This document shows, in pieces, positions 10,348 through 19,818 of a DNA stretch of 32,247 nucleotides. Numbering within the stretch: the stretch's first letter is position 1; each line of letters starts with the position of its first letter. The position numbers and the translations under genes were made by a program. The notes below the pieces were generated by a model, which was given only the letters and a program-made list of their open reading frames with translations, was not told where the DNA came from and made no database searches. This DNA comes from an uncultured Thermococci archaeon (GTDB taxonomy: Archaea > Methanobacteriota_B > Thermococci > Thermococcales > Thermococcaceae), in NCBI GenBank assembly GCA_964487115.1, contig CAZAPD010000027.1, positions 1 to 32,247 of the forward strand. Reading direction: 5' to 3'.

Positions 10348-11496
10348 ATGGTTAAGGTTCTCATACTCGGCCAAGGATACGTGGCAAGCATATTTGCGAG
10401 CGGTCTGGAGAAGATAAAGGCAGGCAAGATAGAGCCTCACGGTGTTCCTCTCGCCAATGAGCTTCCAATTAAAATCGGAGAGATAGAGATAGTCGGTTCC
10501 TATGATGTCGATGCCAGCAAGGTTGGGAAAGACCTCCACGATGTCGTCAGGATCTACGACAGCGAAGCTCCTGAGAGCCTTGGGGGAATCACAGTCAGAA
10601 AAGGTGTGCACCTCGGAAGCCTCAGAAACCTGCCGATTGAGGCTACCGGCCTTGAGGATGAGATGAGCCTTAAGGAGGCTATTGAGCACCTCATCAATGA
10701 GTGGAAGGAGCTCAAGGCTGAGGTGTTTATCAACGTCTGCACCACTGAGGCTTTCGTTCCCTTCGAGAGCAGGGAGGCGCTTGAGAAGGCCATCGAGGAA
10801 GACAACAGGGACAGGCTTACCGCCACGCAGGTTTATGCCTACGCCATTGCCCAGTACGCCAAGGAGGTGGGCGGAGCGGCCTTCGTCAACGCCATACCAA
10901 CCCTCATAGCCAATGACCCAGTCTTTGTAGAACTTGCGGAGGAGAGCAACATGGTGATTTTTGGCGATGATGGTGCCACAGGTGCAACCCCACTTACAGC
11001 TGACATACTCAGTCACCTTGCCCAGAGAAACCGCCACGTCTTAGACATAGCCCAGTTCAACATCGGTGGAAACAACGACTTCTTAGCTTTAACCGACAAG
11101 GAGAGGAACAGGAGCAAGGAGTTCACCAAAAGCTCAATCGTCAAGGATCTGCTCGGCTACGATGCGCCGCACTACATCAAGCCCACAGGATTCCTTGGAC
11201 CCCTCGGCGACAAGAAGTTCATAGCGATGCACATTGAGTATATTAGTTTTAACGGCGCCCATGATGAACTAATCATAACCGGCAGAATAAACGACAGTCC
11301 AGCTTTGGCGGGTCTCCTCGTTGACCTCGCGAGGCTTGGAAAGATGGCGGTTGAGAGGAAGGCATACGGGACTGTCTACGAGGTCAACGCCTTCTACATG
11401 AAGAACCCTGGCCCGAAGGAGATGAGCAACCTCCCGCGCATCATTGCTCACGAAAAGATGATGATGTGGGCAGGCCTGAAACCGAGATGGCTTTGA
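10348..11496 (+). CDS. ino1: myo-inositol-1-phosphate synthase
   Basis: ILGQGYVAS Rossmann motif, FVNAIPTLIA, GDDGATGATP, QFNIGGNNDF, KEFTKS, LGDKK, INDSPALAG; start ATG 10348 after GGAGGTGG RBS. Confidence 0.93.
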   Translation: MVKVLILGQGYVASIFASGLEKIKAGKIEPHGVPLANELPIKIGEIEIVGSYDVDASKVGKDLHDVVRIYDSEAPESLGGITVRKGVHLGSLRNLPIEATGLEDEMSLKEAIEHLINEWKELKAEVFINVCTTEAFVPFESREALEKAIEEDNRDRLTATQVYAYAIAQYAKEVGGAAFVNAIPTLIANDPVFVELAEESNMVIFGDDGATGATPLTADILSHLAQRNRHVLDIAQFNIGGNNDFLALTDKERNRSKEFTKSSIVKDLLGYDAPHYIKPTGFLGPLGDKKFIAMHIEYISFNGAHDELIITGRINDSPALAGLLVDLARLGKMAVERKAYGTVYEVNAFYMKNPGPKEMSNLPRIIAHEKMMMWAGLKPRWL

Positions 11497-11559
11497 CTTT
11501 CTCACTTTTATTCCAAAAAGTTTTTTATCAAAACCACAAACTTTTCTTGGGGAGGAAGA

Positions 11560-12159
11560 ATGAGTTGGAAGAGGGGAGCATATCCGGAATTTAGCCTTGA
11601 AGATGCACTCGCTGTTATTTTTATGCTGAAAAATCCAACAGGGCGGAAGGCAATATCAGAAGAGTTGAATCTTGGCGAGGGAAGTGTGAGAACACTCTTG
11701 AAGAAGCTCTCGGGTATTGGAATTATCACTTCCACACAGAAGGGACATTTTCTAAATGAAAAGGGGGTCGAACTTCTAAGAAAGCTGCAGGAGCTGTTCT
11801 CTGAACCTGTCAGGACTCGTGAAGTTGAAGGAATGACTGCAGTTGCCCTGAAAGTCAAAAACCCACCTAAATTCAAAAGCATTGAGCTGAGAGATGAAGC
11901 CATAAGATTCTTTGCAAGAGGAGCAATGATTCTCCTGATCAAGAACGGTGAAGCTGTTTTTCCGGAGGATGAGAGAAAGCTGAAGGAAACGTTTCCAGAG
12001 ATGGTCCAGAGCATAGAGACGTTAGAGCCCAAGGAAGGAGATATTATAGTAATCACATGGGCAGATAACAATGCAGATGCCCTGAAAAGTGCTATACACG
12101 TTGCAGTATTCCTTAAAGAAGATCAACTACCCAAAGAAATCGTAAATCTAACGAGGTGA
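11560..12159 (+). CDS. Winged-helix protein with DUF4443-like C-terminus, putative transcription regulator
   Basis: PTGRKAISEELNLGEGSVRTLLKKL HTH; IELRDEAIRFFARGAMIL segment; directly upstream of pyrF. Confidence 0.75.
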   Translation: MSWKRGAYPEFSLEDALAVIFMLKNPTGRKAISEELNLGEGSVRTLLKKLSGIGIITSTQKGHFLNEKGVELLRKLQELFSEPVRTREVEGMTAVALKVKNPPKFKSIELRDEAIRFFARGAMILLIKNGEAVFPEDERKLKETFPEMVQSIETLEPKEGDIIVITWADNNADALKSAIHVAVFLKEDQLPKEIVNLTR

Positions 12160-12163
12160 AATA

Positions 12164-12805
12164 ATGAACCGGCTGATTTTGGCTCTTGATGTGTATGAAA
12201 GAGAGACGGCGCTAAGGATTGCCCGGGAAACCAAAGAGTTTCTGTGGGGGATAAAGGTCAATTGGCCATTAATCTTGGGGGCGGGTATCGGTATAATCCG
12301 AGAGCTGAAGAAAGAAACTGAACTACCTATTATAGCTGATCTAAAGCTCGCTGACATACCTAACACCCATAGGCTCATAGCGGCTAAAGTCTTTAATGCA
12401 GGAGCAGACTACATTATAACTCACGGATTTGTTGGAAAGGACAGTGTTAAAGCTGTAATGGAACTTGGTGAAGTGATCATCGTCGTTGAAATGAGCCATC
12501 CCGGGGCGAAGGAGTTCATCCAACCTGTAACTGACAGGCTTATTGAGCTTGCAAACGATTTGAAGCCATTTGGAGTTATAGCTCCAGCCACAAGGCCAGA
12601 GAGGGTTAAACACATAAGGAGAAAGCTCAAAAAAGGCATTAAAATCTTAAGTCCGGGAGTTGGAGCTCAAGGAGGAAAAGCTAAAGATGTTTTAAAAGCT
12701 GGGGCAGATTACATTATAGTCGGAAGGAGCATATACAGTGCGGAGAACCCAAAGGATGCTGCTAAAAGTATCTGGGGTGAAACAAATGCCAATGCTGAAA
12801 GTTAA
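12164..12805 (+). CDS. pyrF: Orotidine-5'-phosphate decarboxylase
   Basis: LILALDV, ADLKLADIPNT (DxKxxD), VEMSHPG, SPGVGAQGG, IVGRSI. Confidence 0.97.
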   Translation: MNRLILALDVYERETALRIARETKEFLWGIKVNWPLILGAGIGIIRELKKETELPIIADLKLADIPNTHRLIAAKVFNAGADYIITHGFVGKDSVKAVMELGEVIIVVEMSHPGAKEFIQPVTDRLIELANDLKPFGVIAPATRPERVKHIRRKLKKGIKILSPGVGAQGGKAKDVLKAGADYIIVGRSIYSAENPKDAAKSIWGETNANAES

Positions 12806-13307
12806 ACACCCCCTAAGCAAAAAAGAGGTTAAAGAGATTATAAGGATCATGGGTAATTCATTTGGAGAGGAGGCTGCTCAAAAACTTATAAAGAAAAAAG
12901 ACAGAGTTGAACTGGCAGAATTTGATAAAACGACTGAGATAATACTTGTAAATGGGAAACCAGCTTTTATAAAGAGGAAGAACTTGATATTCCCCCTTGT
13001 GATAGCCCTCTACCGAATTTCAAACGAGGAAGACCTAAGAAAATGGAGGAAGAGGGTTATCGTGGATGCAGGAGCGGTACCTTTCATACTCAAAGGAGCC
13101 GATGTTATGGCAGCAGGGATAACTGATGCAGATGAGCGGATTAAAGAGGGAGATTTTGTTTTTGTTGCCGAGGAGGACTATGGAAGACCGCTGGCAATAG
13201 GTATAGCACTCATGAACGGAAAGAGCATGGTGGAAAGGCCAAAAGGAAAAGCGGTGAAGGTCATCCATCATGCCAAGGATAAAATATGGGAACTGACGGT
13301 GGGATAA
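12786..13307 (+). CDS. PUA-domain RNA-binding protein (MCT-1/Tma20-like)
   Basis: [40 protein letters not shown]; start moved to ATG 12786 (or 12792) after GGGGTGA RBS. Confidence 0.88.
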   Translation: MPMLKVKHPLSKKEVKEIIRIMGNSFGEEAAQKLIKKKDRVELAEFDKTTEIILVNGKPAFIKRKNLIFPLVIALYRISNEEDLRKWRKRVIVDAGAVPFILKGADVMAAGITDADERIKEGDFVFVAEEDYGRPLAIGIALMNGKSMVERPKGKAVKVIHHAKDKIWELTVG

Positions 13308-13753
13308 TGGGGAAAAAGAAAAAAATAAGGGTTCTGGTTGGAGGTGTTTTTGACCTTCTCCACGTTGGCCATATACATTTTTTGTCACAGGCTAAAAATC
13401 TCGGGGATGAGCTTATTGTCATAGTTGCCCATGATGAAACGGTTAAGAGAATTAAGGGCAGAAGGCCCATAAATTCAGCTGAAGATAGAGCAGAGCTTTT
13501 AAGAGCCCTGAAGATGGTAGATGAAGTTTATATTGGAGATCCTAACGAGATAAGCTTCGAGCTGGTTAAGCGGATTAATCCTGATGTTATTGCTCTCGGC
13601 CCTGATCAGTTCTTCAATGAGGAGAAGCTGAAGAAAAATCTTAAGGAGCATGGGATATCTGCTGAAATTATAAGGATACCCTACCTCTACAAAAAAGACA
13701 GAGCAAAGACAAGCAAGATAATAGAGAGAATTGTGGAAACATTCTGTGAATGA
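13307..13753 (+). CDS. ribL: FAD synthase (cytidylyltransferase family)
   Basis: [15 protein letters not shown] (HxGH), [27 protein letters not shown] overlap with PUA gene. Confidence 0.85.
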   Translation: MGKKKKIRVLVGGVFDLLHVGHIHFLSQAKNLGDELIVIVAHDETVKRIKGRRPINSAEDRAELLRALKMVDEVYIGDPNEISFELVKRINPDVIALGPDQFFNEEKLKKNLKEHGISAEIIRIPYLYKKDRAKTSKIIERIVETFCE

Positions 13754-13815
13754 TTTCAGCTTCTGATTTTAGCTCTTTAGCGGTTATACTTCCAATTTTA
13801 GCTCTTATTCAAGCT
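13753..13815. repeat. Short direct repeats (ATTTTAGCT-like x4) in the convergent ribL / parA-operon intergenic region
   Basis: ATTTCAGCT 13753, ATTTTAGCTCTT 13766 and 13795 (exact 12-mer duplicate), ATTCAAGCT 13807. Confidence 0.55.
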
Positions 13816-13823
13816 GATCATGG

Positions 13824-14177
13824 TTAAATCTTGAATTTTGACATATACTCTCTCAGGAACTCTGGGTTCTCCCTTCTCACAACACTCATCAGTTCATCGA
13901 AGTTCTTTTCCCCAATAGCTTTTTTGAGATAGTAGTACAGATTAACGGAGTCCTCAACTATTATGCTCTGTCTCCTACCCTCATCACCATAAAGCTCTAT
14001 GAGCTTCCGGTTTGTATCGAGGCTTATATAGAGTGTCTTTTGCTTTTTAATCTTCTTCAAGTCCTCTTTCTTTTCAGATCTTTCTCCCCTCTTTTTTGAG
14101 GGCTTTGTTAATTCATTAATAGAACCATCAAAAAGCTTGGGAATTTTATCCTTTTTCTTATCTTTATCCCTCGACAA
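13824..14177 (-). CDS. Small basic protein downstream of parA, possible ribbon-helix-helix ParA partner
   Basis: Overlaps parA end by 14 nt; Lys-rich low-complexity N-terminus then KQKTLYISLDTNRKLIELY...RQSIIVEDSVNLY strand-helix-helix pattern. Confidence 0.7.
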   Translation of the reverse strand: MSRDKDKKKDKIPKLFDGSINELTKPSKKRGERSEKKEDLKKIKKQKTLYISLDTNRKLIELYGDEGRRQSIIVEDSVNLYYYLKKAIGEKNFDELMSVVRRENPEFLREYMSKFKI

Positions 14178-14934
14178 TTCTCACCACCTCTCTGGCAAGC
14201 TTGGCAAATGCCTTGGCAGCTCTACCATCCCCCTCAAATTCAAATATACTAACACCCTGTGACTGTGCCTTTTCGAGTGCTATTGACTTCGGAATTGTTG
14301 TCAGAAGAGGGGCATCGGGATATGTCTCCTTAAGCTCTTTAAGTCTGAGGGAAGGTACTTTAGTCTGTCTCGTGAATTTGTTGGGGACCAGTCCGAGAAG
14401 GGACAAATGCTCATTGGTTTCTTCACGTATCATCCTCATCAGATTAAACATGAGCTGCATCCCGATGACTCCAAAATAGCTGAGCTCCAGCGGAATCAGA
14501 ACATAATCTGAGGTCGTCAGCGAGTTGACCAGAAAAATCCCCATGCTTGGAGGGTTATCTATAAGGACATAGTCATAGTCAGGCAGAACCGGTGTTATCG
14601 CCTTTTCCAGCCTTCTTTCCCTGTTGTATGCATTTATTATCTCTATCTCCTTCGCCGAGAGGTTCAGGTGGGATGGAATCAGATGAAGGTTTTCCTTTAC
14701 TTCAACTATGGCATCTTCAACACTGCTTTCCCTCGTCATTATTGTCCCGACATTATTCCCAGCATAATTCAGCACATCCATGCCAATGAGCCCAAAAGTC
14801 AGGTTGAACTGTGGATCAATATCAACCAGGAGAACTTTTTTGCCCATTCGAGAGAGTGCAAATCCCAAGTTCAATGCCAAGGTTGTTTTACCTACTCCAC
14901 CTTTCTGATTGGCTATACTGATAACCCTTGCCAT
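14164..14934 (-). CDS. parA: ParA/Soj-family ATPase
   Basis: IANQKGGVGKTT deviant Walker A, LLVDIDPQFNLT, IDNPPSMG. Confidence 0.93.
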   Translation of the reverse strand: MARVISIANQKGGVGKTTLALNLGFALSRMGKKVLLVDIDPQFNLTFGLIGMDVLNYAGNNVGTIMTRESSVEDAIVEVKENLHLIPSHLNLSAKEIEIINAYNRERRLEKAITPVLPDYDYVLIDNPPSMGIFLVNSLTTSDYVLIPLELSYFGVIGMQLMFNLMRMIREETNEHLSLLGLVPNKFTRQTKVPSLRLKELKETYPDAPLLTTIPKSIALEKAQSQGVSIFEFEGDGRAAKAFAKLAREVVRIVEG

Positions 14935-14973
14935 GCTATCACCTGATAATTTGATACAAAGATAGAAAGAAGT

Positions 14974-16206
14974 TTAAGTTAGATCAACAAAATCTCCTAA
15001 TATCCTGTTAATTTCGGGAGATAACTTCCGTTTTTCAGTTTTAGCCCTCGAAATTGTCTTGAGAATTGTATCAAAATCATTCTTTTTCGTGAAGAGTGGC
15101 TTTTCTATTTCGGGCATTACTATCTTTTCTCGTGTTTGAAGGGCATTTTCACCCCCAAGTATGTGAGGGGACTCAACACCTGTCATTATGACCATTGCTC
15201 TGACGACTTTCCCCATGTCTTCATCTATCCTTGCTCCCCATTTGATCTCCGATTTCGCTCCAAGCTTGTCATAAACCAGATCCATAGCCGCACTTATTTC
15301 GCCAAGGCTAACATCAGGCCCAACCGTGAAGTGAACTAAAGCTTTGTCACCACTACCGAACTTAACATCGAGCATCTTGTTTTCAAGGGCATTTTTAACT
15401 GCCTCAACTGTCTTGTTTGTGGAATCACTTTCCCCTATCCCAATTAACGCCGCTCCCCCGTCCTTCATCACACTATAAACATCCGCAAAATCGATGTTAA
15501 CCATCGAAGGGAGCTTTATGGTTTCGGTTATCCCTTTAACCATCCTTGCTATGATCTCGTCCGCAAACCTGAATGCCGCTGATATCGGCAACTTTGGAAC
15601 GAGTTTGAGAAGCTTGTCATTCTCGATTATGACTACAGTATCTGAATAATAAAGCAGAGCCTTTATACCTGCTTTGGCCTTTTCTATTCTTAAAGTACCT
15701 TCGTTCTTGAATGGAAATGTTACCACACTTATAACCAACGGTTCCCTGAATCTGGCATTGTGTCTTGCCCGTTCCTTAATTACCTTTGCAACTACTGGTG
15801 CTGCTCCAGTTCCGGTTCCGTTTCCCATTCCAGCTGTGATGAAAACTAAATCTGCATCTCCTATTACTTCTGAAATCTCATGAGCACTTGCTTCAGCTGC
15901 TCTGTAACCTATTTCGGGATTTCCCCCAGAGCCTTTGCCCTGTGTTATTTCTTTTCCCAAAAGAAGTTTTTTGTGTGCTTTAGTCCTTGCTAAATGCTGG
16001 GCATCAGTGTTCATAGCTATAAGTTCCGCCCCCTGAACCCCAAGTTCATAGAGCCGCGTTATAGTATTATTCCCAGAACCCCCAACCCCCACTATTGCTA
16101 TCTTTATTAGATCCTCAACACTATCGTCGAAGAGCATGTTTCCTGATTTCGGCTCATCATCCAGATCTATTTTTATTCCGGCCTGTTCAAGTAATTTAAA
16201 TACCAT
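14974..16206 (-). CDS. ftsZ: Cell division protein FtsZ (FtsZ2 by context)
   Basis: [26 protein letters not shown] tubulin signature, NIDFADV T7 loop; downstream of cdrS-like RHH gene; start moved to ATG 16206. Confidence 0.96.
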   Translation of the reverse strand: MVFKLLEQAGIKIDLDDEPKSGNMLFDDSVEDLIKIAIVGVGGSGNNTITRLYELGVQGAELIAMNTDAQHLARTKAHKKLLLGKEITQGKGSGGNPEIGYRAAEASAHEISEVIGDADLVFITAGMGNGTGTGAAPVVAKVIKERARHNARFREPLVISVVTFPFKNEGTLRIEKAKAGIKALLYYSDTVVIIENDKLLKLVPKLPISAAFRFADEIIARMVKGITETIKLPSMVNIDFADVYSVMKDGGAALIGIGESDSTNKTVEAVKNALENKMLDVKFGSGDKALVHFTVGPDVSLGEISAAMDLVYDKLGAKSEIKWGARIDEDMGKVVRAMVIMTGVESPHILGGENALQTREKIVMPEIEKPLFTKKNDFDTILKTISRAKTEKRKLSPEINRILGDFVDLT

Positions 16207-16242
16207 TGCCCCGACCCCCAACAATTTCCTGATTTAACCTCC

Positions 16243-16434
16243 TCATTTCAGGATATATTCAGGTGTTGAACGTTCTTCAGTCTCCAACGCATAAAGTTCC
16301 TTCTTTAGTAGTTCCCTTACAGCTTCCCTGATGATCTCGCTTCTACTTGGATAAACGCCTTTCTTAACAAGCTGATCCATGGCGTTTATGAGGCCTTGAG
16401 GGAGTTGTACACTGACAATTTTCATTTTGGTCAT
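16243..16434 (-). CDS. cdrS: CopG/ribbon-helix-helix regulator, CdrS-like
   Basis: MKIVSVQLPQGLINAMDQLVKKGVYPSRSEIIREAVRELL; directly upstream of ftsZ as in euryarchaeal cdrS-ftsZ2 operons. Confidence 0.85.
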   Translation of the reverse strand: MTKMKIVSVQLPQGLINAMDQLVKKGVYPSRSEIIREAVRELLKKELYALETEERSTPEYILK

Positions 16435-16510
16435 AGGTGTCTCACCTAATCCATCGGGAGGCTAATATAATCATGTGTTTTAATTAGTTAAATACTTTTT
16501 GCTGTCTTGT

Positions 16511-16526
16511 TAATATTATAATATTA
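16511..16526. promoter_or_regulatory. Perfect 16-bp palindrome TAATATTATAATATTA in cdrS/cgi121 divergent region
   Basis: Direct reading; also a tandem repeat of TAATATTA; function unproven. Confidence 0.35.
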
Positions 16527-16643
16527 TATTTTTCAAAAAATTTTTGTTAATAGAATCAAAAACAAAAAAATTTGAACCATTTAAAAACATAAGGAAGAAT
16601 AGGGTTTTAAATAAAAACCTGTACCCATATTCAGTGGTAGCTT

Positions 16644-17066
16644 ATGAAAGTTATAAAAACAGAAAAATACACAATATGCATAGCCAAGATTAAAATTGAT
16701 AATCCAAAAGAAGTGATAGGATTAATTGGGAAAAATCTTCAAATCCTATATGCCAAATGCTGGAAGCACGTAGTATTCGCAACGCTACTCGCATTAAGAG
16801 CATTTGAAAGAGGAACAAATCACGCCAGAACAGTAAACGGTGAAATTCTGCTCAGACTTGCTGGGACACTCCAGATAAATGAAGCTATTGAAAAACATGG
16901 AGCACGATCCGGGGAAAATTTTGTAGTGGTTTATGGGGATAGATGCAGGGATAGAATAGCGGAAGTAATTAATTATCTGAAAGTTGAAGAACTACCATTG
17001 GAGGGATGTGACTATGAAGACCTGAAAAGTCTTTTTGAAAAAGCGGCTTTAGTTGAAGTTTTATAG
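16644..17066 (+). CDS. cgi121: KEOPS complex subunit Cgi121
   Basis: RAFERGTNHARTVNGEILLRLAGTLQINEAIEKHG motif, C-terminal FEKAAL. Confidence 0.9.
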   Translation: MKVIKTEKYTICIAKIKIDNPKEVIGLIGKNLQILYAKCWKHVVFATLLALRAFERGTNHARTVNGEILLRLAGTLQINEAIEKHGARSGENFVVVYGDRCRDRIAEVINYLKVEELPLEGCDYEDLKSLFEKAALVEVL

Positions 17067-17149
17067 CTATGTGCAGGATTTTCATATATAATTTTCCAGA
17101 TAACTTTATAAGAGATTTCTTTCACCCTTAAATGCCCGGGGTGATGCTC

Positions 17150-18328
17150 ATGAGATATAGGAAACGTAAGTACTTTCTTGCGGGAAGAATAAATTTAATA
17201 CAGCGTTCAAAAATTAGGGAGCTTTTTGAGAAAGCTTCAAAGATGGAGAACATAATCTCCCTTGGAATAGGAGAGCCCGATTTCAATACTCCATCCATCA
17301 TTGTGGAGGCAGCAAAGAAAGCTCTCGACGATGGATATACTCACTACACACCAAATGCAGGAATACCAGAAGTGAGGGAAGCAATTTCCGACTATTATCG
17401 AGAATTCTACAAAGCCGATGTTCCTTCAAACAATATTATTGTTACTGCAGGTGCCTATGAAGCTACATATCTCGCATTTGAAAGCCTTCTTGAGAAGGGA
17501 GATGATGTCATAATTCCAGACCCAGCTTTTGTGTCCTATGTTGAAGATGCAAAGGTAGCAGAGGCTGGAATAATCAGAATCCCACTTAGAGAAGAGAACG
17601 GCTTTAAGGTAGACCCCGATGAGCTTGTCGACCTCATAACCAAGAGAACCAGAATGATTGTTATCAACTATCCAAACAACCCCACAGGTGCTGTTCTGAC
17701 TAAAGATACTGTAAAGGCAATTGCAGACATAGCAGAGGACTACAATATATACATTCTCAGCGATGAACCATACGAGCACTTCCTCTATGATGGGGCCAAA
17801 CACTATCCCATGATAAAATATGCTCCAGACAATACCATTCTCGCCAACAGCTTTTCAAAGACCTTTGCCATGACAGGATGGCGCTTAGGCTTTGCAATTG
17901 CACCAGAACAGATTATAAGGGACATGATAAAGCTTCATGCATACGTCATAGGCAACGTTACATCTTTTGTTCAAGTAGCCGCAATAACAGCCTTGCGGGA
18001 TAAGAGGAGCTGGGAGGCAGTTCATCAGATGAGAGAAACTTATAATGAGAGAAGAAAGCTCGTTCTCGGCTACCTCAAAAACATGCCACATATGGATGCA
18101 TTTGAACCCAAAGGAGCGTTCTACATATTCGCAAAGATTGATCCCGAACTTGATATGAGCAGCGAGGATTTCGCGAACTGGCTTCTTGAGAAGGCAGGAG
18201 TAGTTGTTATTCCGGGAACTGCATTTGGAAAGGCGGGAGAGGGATACGTGAGGATAAGCTATGCGACCAGCAGAGAAAGACTTATAGAAGCCATGGAACG
18301 GATGAAAGAAGTGCTCTCAGAAATCTGA
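17150..18328 (+). CDS. PLP-dependent class I/II aminotransferase (aspartate/aromatic type)
   Basis: ISLGIGEPDF, THYTPNAG, NYPNNPTG, SDEPY, NSFSKTFAMTGWRLG (PLP lysine), YVRISYA; start moved to ATG 17150. Confidence 0.93.
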   Translation: MRYRKRKYFLAGRINLIQRSKIRELFEKASKMENIISLGIGEPDFNTPSIIVEAAKKALDDGYTHYTPNAGIPEVREAISDYYREFYKADVPSNNIIVTAGAYEATYLAFESLLEKGDDVIIPDPAFVSYVEDAKVAEAGIIRIPLREENGFKVDPDELVDLITKRTRMIVINYPNNPTGAVLTKDTVKAIADIAEDYNIYILSDEPYEHFLYDGAKHYPMIKYAPDNTILANSFSKTFAMTGWRLGFAIAPEQIIRDMIKLHAYVIGNVTSFVQVAAITALRDKRSWEAVHQMRETYNERRKLVLGYLKNMPHMDAFEPKGAFYIFAKIDPELDMSSEDFANWLLEKAGVVVIPGTAFGKAGEGYVRISYATSRERLIEAMERMKEVLSEI

Positions 18329-18341
18329 TGGTGGTATAAGG

Positions 18342-18605
18342 ATGGAAGAAATCCTCGCCATCTTTGCTGCAATTTTTCTTGCTGAACTTGGGGACAAAAC
18401 CCAAATAGCTACAATGGCATTTGCATCTAAATATGGATGGAAAACTGCATTTTTTGGTGCAATCTTGGGATTGGCTGCAGTTAATTTGATAGGAGCTTTT
18501 GCTGGAGATAAACTTGGAGATATATTACCTCTTAGCCTGATTCACAAAATTGCTGGGATAATTTTCATTGTTTTCGGTGTGCTTATGATCGCTGGAAAAC
18601 TCTGA
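18342..18605 (+). CDS. Half-size GDT1/TMEM165 (UPF0016) family cation transporter
   Basis: Single FLAELGDKTQ motif, three TM helices, 87 aa. Confidence 0.9.
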   Translation: MEEILAIFAAIFLAELGDKTQIATMAFASKYGWKTAFFGAILGLAAVNLIGAFAGDKLGDILPLSLIHKIAGIIFIVFGVLMIAGKL

Positions 18606-18618
18606 GGGAGGTAGTTGA

Positions 18619-19818
18619 ATGGAAAAGAAGTGGATTACTGTCTTCCTTGATATGTGTGTAGTCGCAGCTGGATTTGGAACAATGCATATGCTGGAAAAGT
18701 TCAAGGGGCTTGTAATTGAACACTACAGAATTAACGGTTCTGCACTCAGCTACCAGCAGGATGCATTTGTTATCGGTCTGTTTGTTGCATTCCTCCTTGG
18801 AGGGACAGGGATATTCAAGGGCTCCTTCAAAAAGAGTGTGGCGCTTATAGTTAGCTTTGCTGCCATACCTCAGTTCATAATACCATTCGTGGGCAATTGG
18901 TGGATTGTTGTGGCCCTCAGATTCTTCCAAGGGTTCATAGTTGCATTGATAGCCGTCTTCAGCACTCAAGTTGCAAGGTTGTTCCTCGCAGAAAGGCCTC
19001 TGGCCAAGGGTATAATCCTTTCGGGAATATTCTGGGGAGGTCTTTATGGAATAACGTTTGCAAGATGGTTTGTACCTGCAGGTTCTGGCTGGTCTGCGGT
19101 GGAGAAAGTGTTTTTAATCTCAGCTGGGATTATGTATGTTGTCCTTGCCCTCTGGTGGCTTGTAGTTGAGGATTTTGAAATACCTCATGAGGAGAAAACA
19201 AGTTCAGGCGTCAGTGTATGGAAGTTCCCATTCACATGGGTCTTTGGATTCACGTTCTTTCCGGCCCTCTGGATAATATTCACCCTCGGTTCCTTTACCC
19301 TGCACCATACAAACTTTACTGACTCTCAGGTTGCCAATCTCATCACTGCTTTAGAAATCTCTATGGCATTATGGTCGATAATCATGGGTTATCTCGGCTA
19401 CCGCCTTTCAGTTAAAAATCCATCCCACAGAGGTCTCTTCAGGGCAATAGTGAGTGTTATGATAATATCCTATGCAATAGCCTTTATAGGACTTTTCATA
19501 GTGTGGAAAGGGATTTCATCAGGTCAATACATTCTCGCTCTTATCGGTCTGGCCATTACAGGGATAGTTCAAGGAACCGGACCCGCATTCTGGACAACAG
19601 CACCGGCAGCTTATCCAAAGGAGATCTATCCAAAAGCCAGCTTTGCCTTGGGACTTCTTTCCAACAGCGCTAATGCAGTAGCACCGAATGTAATGTTCAT
19701 ACTGGTTTCAAGCGTAGGTGCTGGCATGGTGATATTCCTCAGCGTATCTCTATTGGGGATAATCCTGCTGTTGCTATCCCTGAGAATGAAGCTCCCTGTG
19801 GAGGAACTGGGAGAATGA
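18619..19818 (+). CDS. MFS transporter
   Basis: About 12 TM segments, LRFFQGF, LFLAERPLAKG motifs; GGAGG RBS. Confidence 0.88.
   Translation: MEKKWITVFLDMCVVAAGFGTMHMLEKFKGLVIEHYRINGSALSYQQDAFVIGLFVAFLLGGTGIFKGSFKKSVALIVSFAAIPQFIIPFVGNWWIVVALRFFQGFIVALIAVFSTQVARLFLAERPLAKGIILSGIFWGGLYGITFARWFVPAGSGWSAVEKVFLISAGIMYVVLALWWLVVEDFEIPHEEKTSSGVSVWKFPFTWVFGFTFFPALWIIFTLGSFTLHHTNFTDSQVANLITALEISMALWSIIMGYLGYRLSVKNPSHRGLFRAIVSVMIISYAIAFIGLFIVWKGISSGQYILALIGLAITGIVQGTGPAFWTTAPAAYPKEIYPKASFALGLLSNSANAVAPNVMFILVSSVGAGMVIFLSVSLLGIILLLLSLRMKLPVEELGE

Noticed and set aside
10285..11037. 250-aa minus-strand ORF (and 11508-12071)
   Set aside because: Antisense to well-supported genes; long open antisense frames are expected from codon bias
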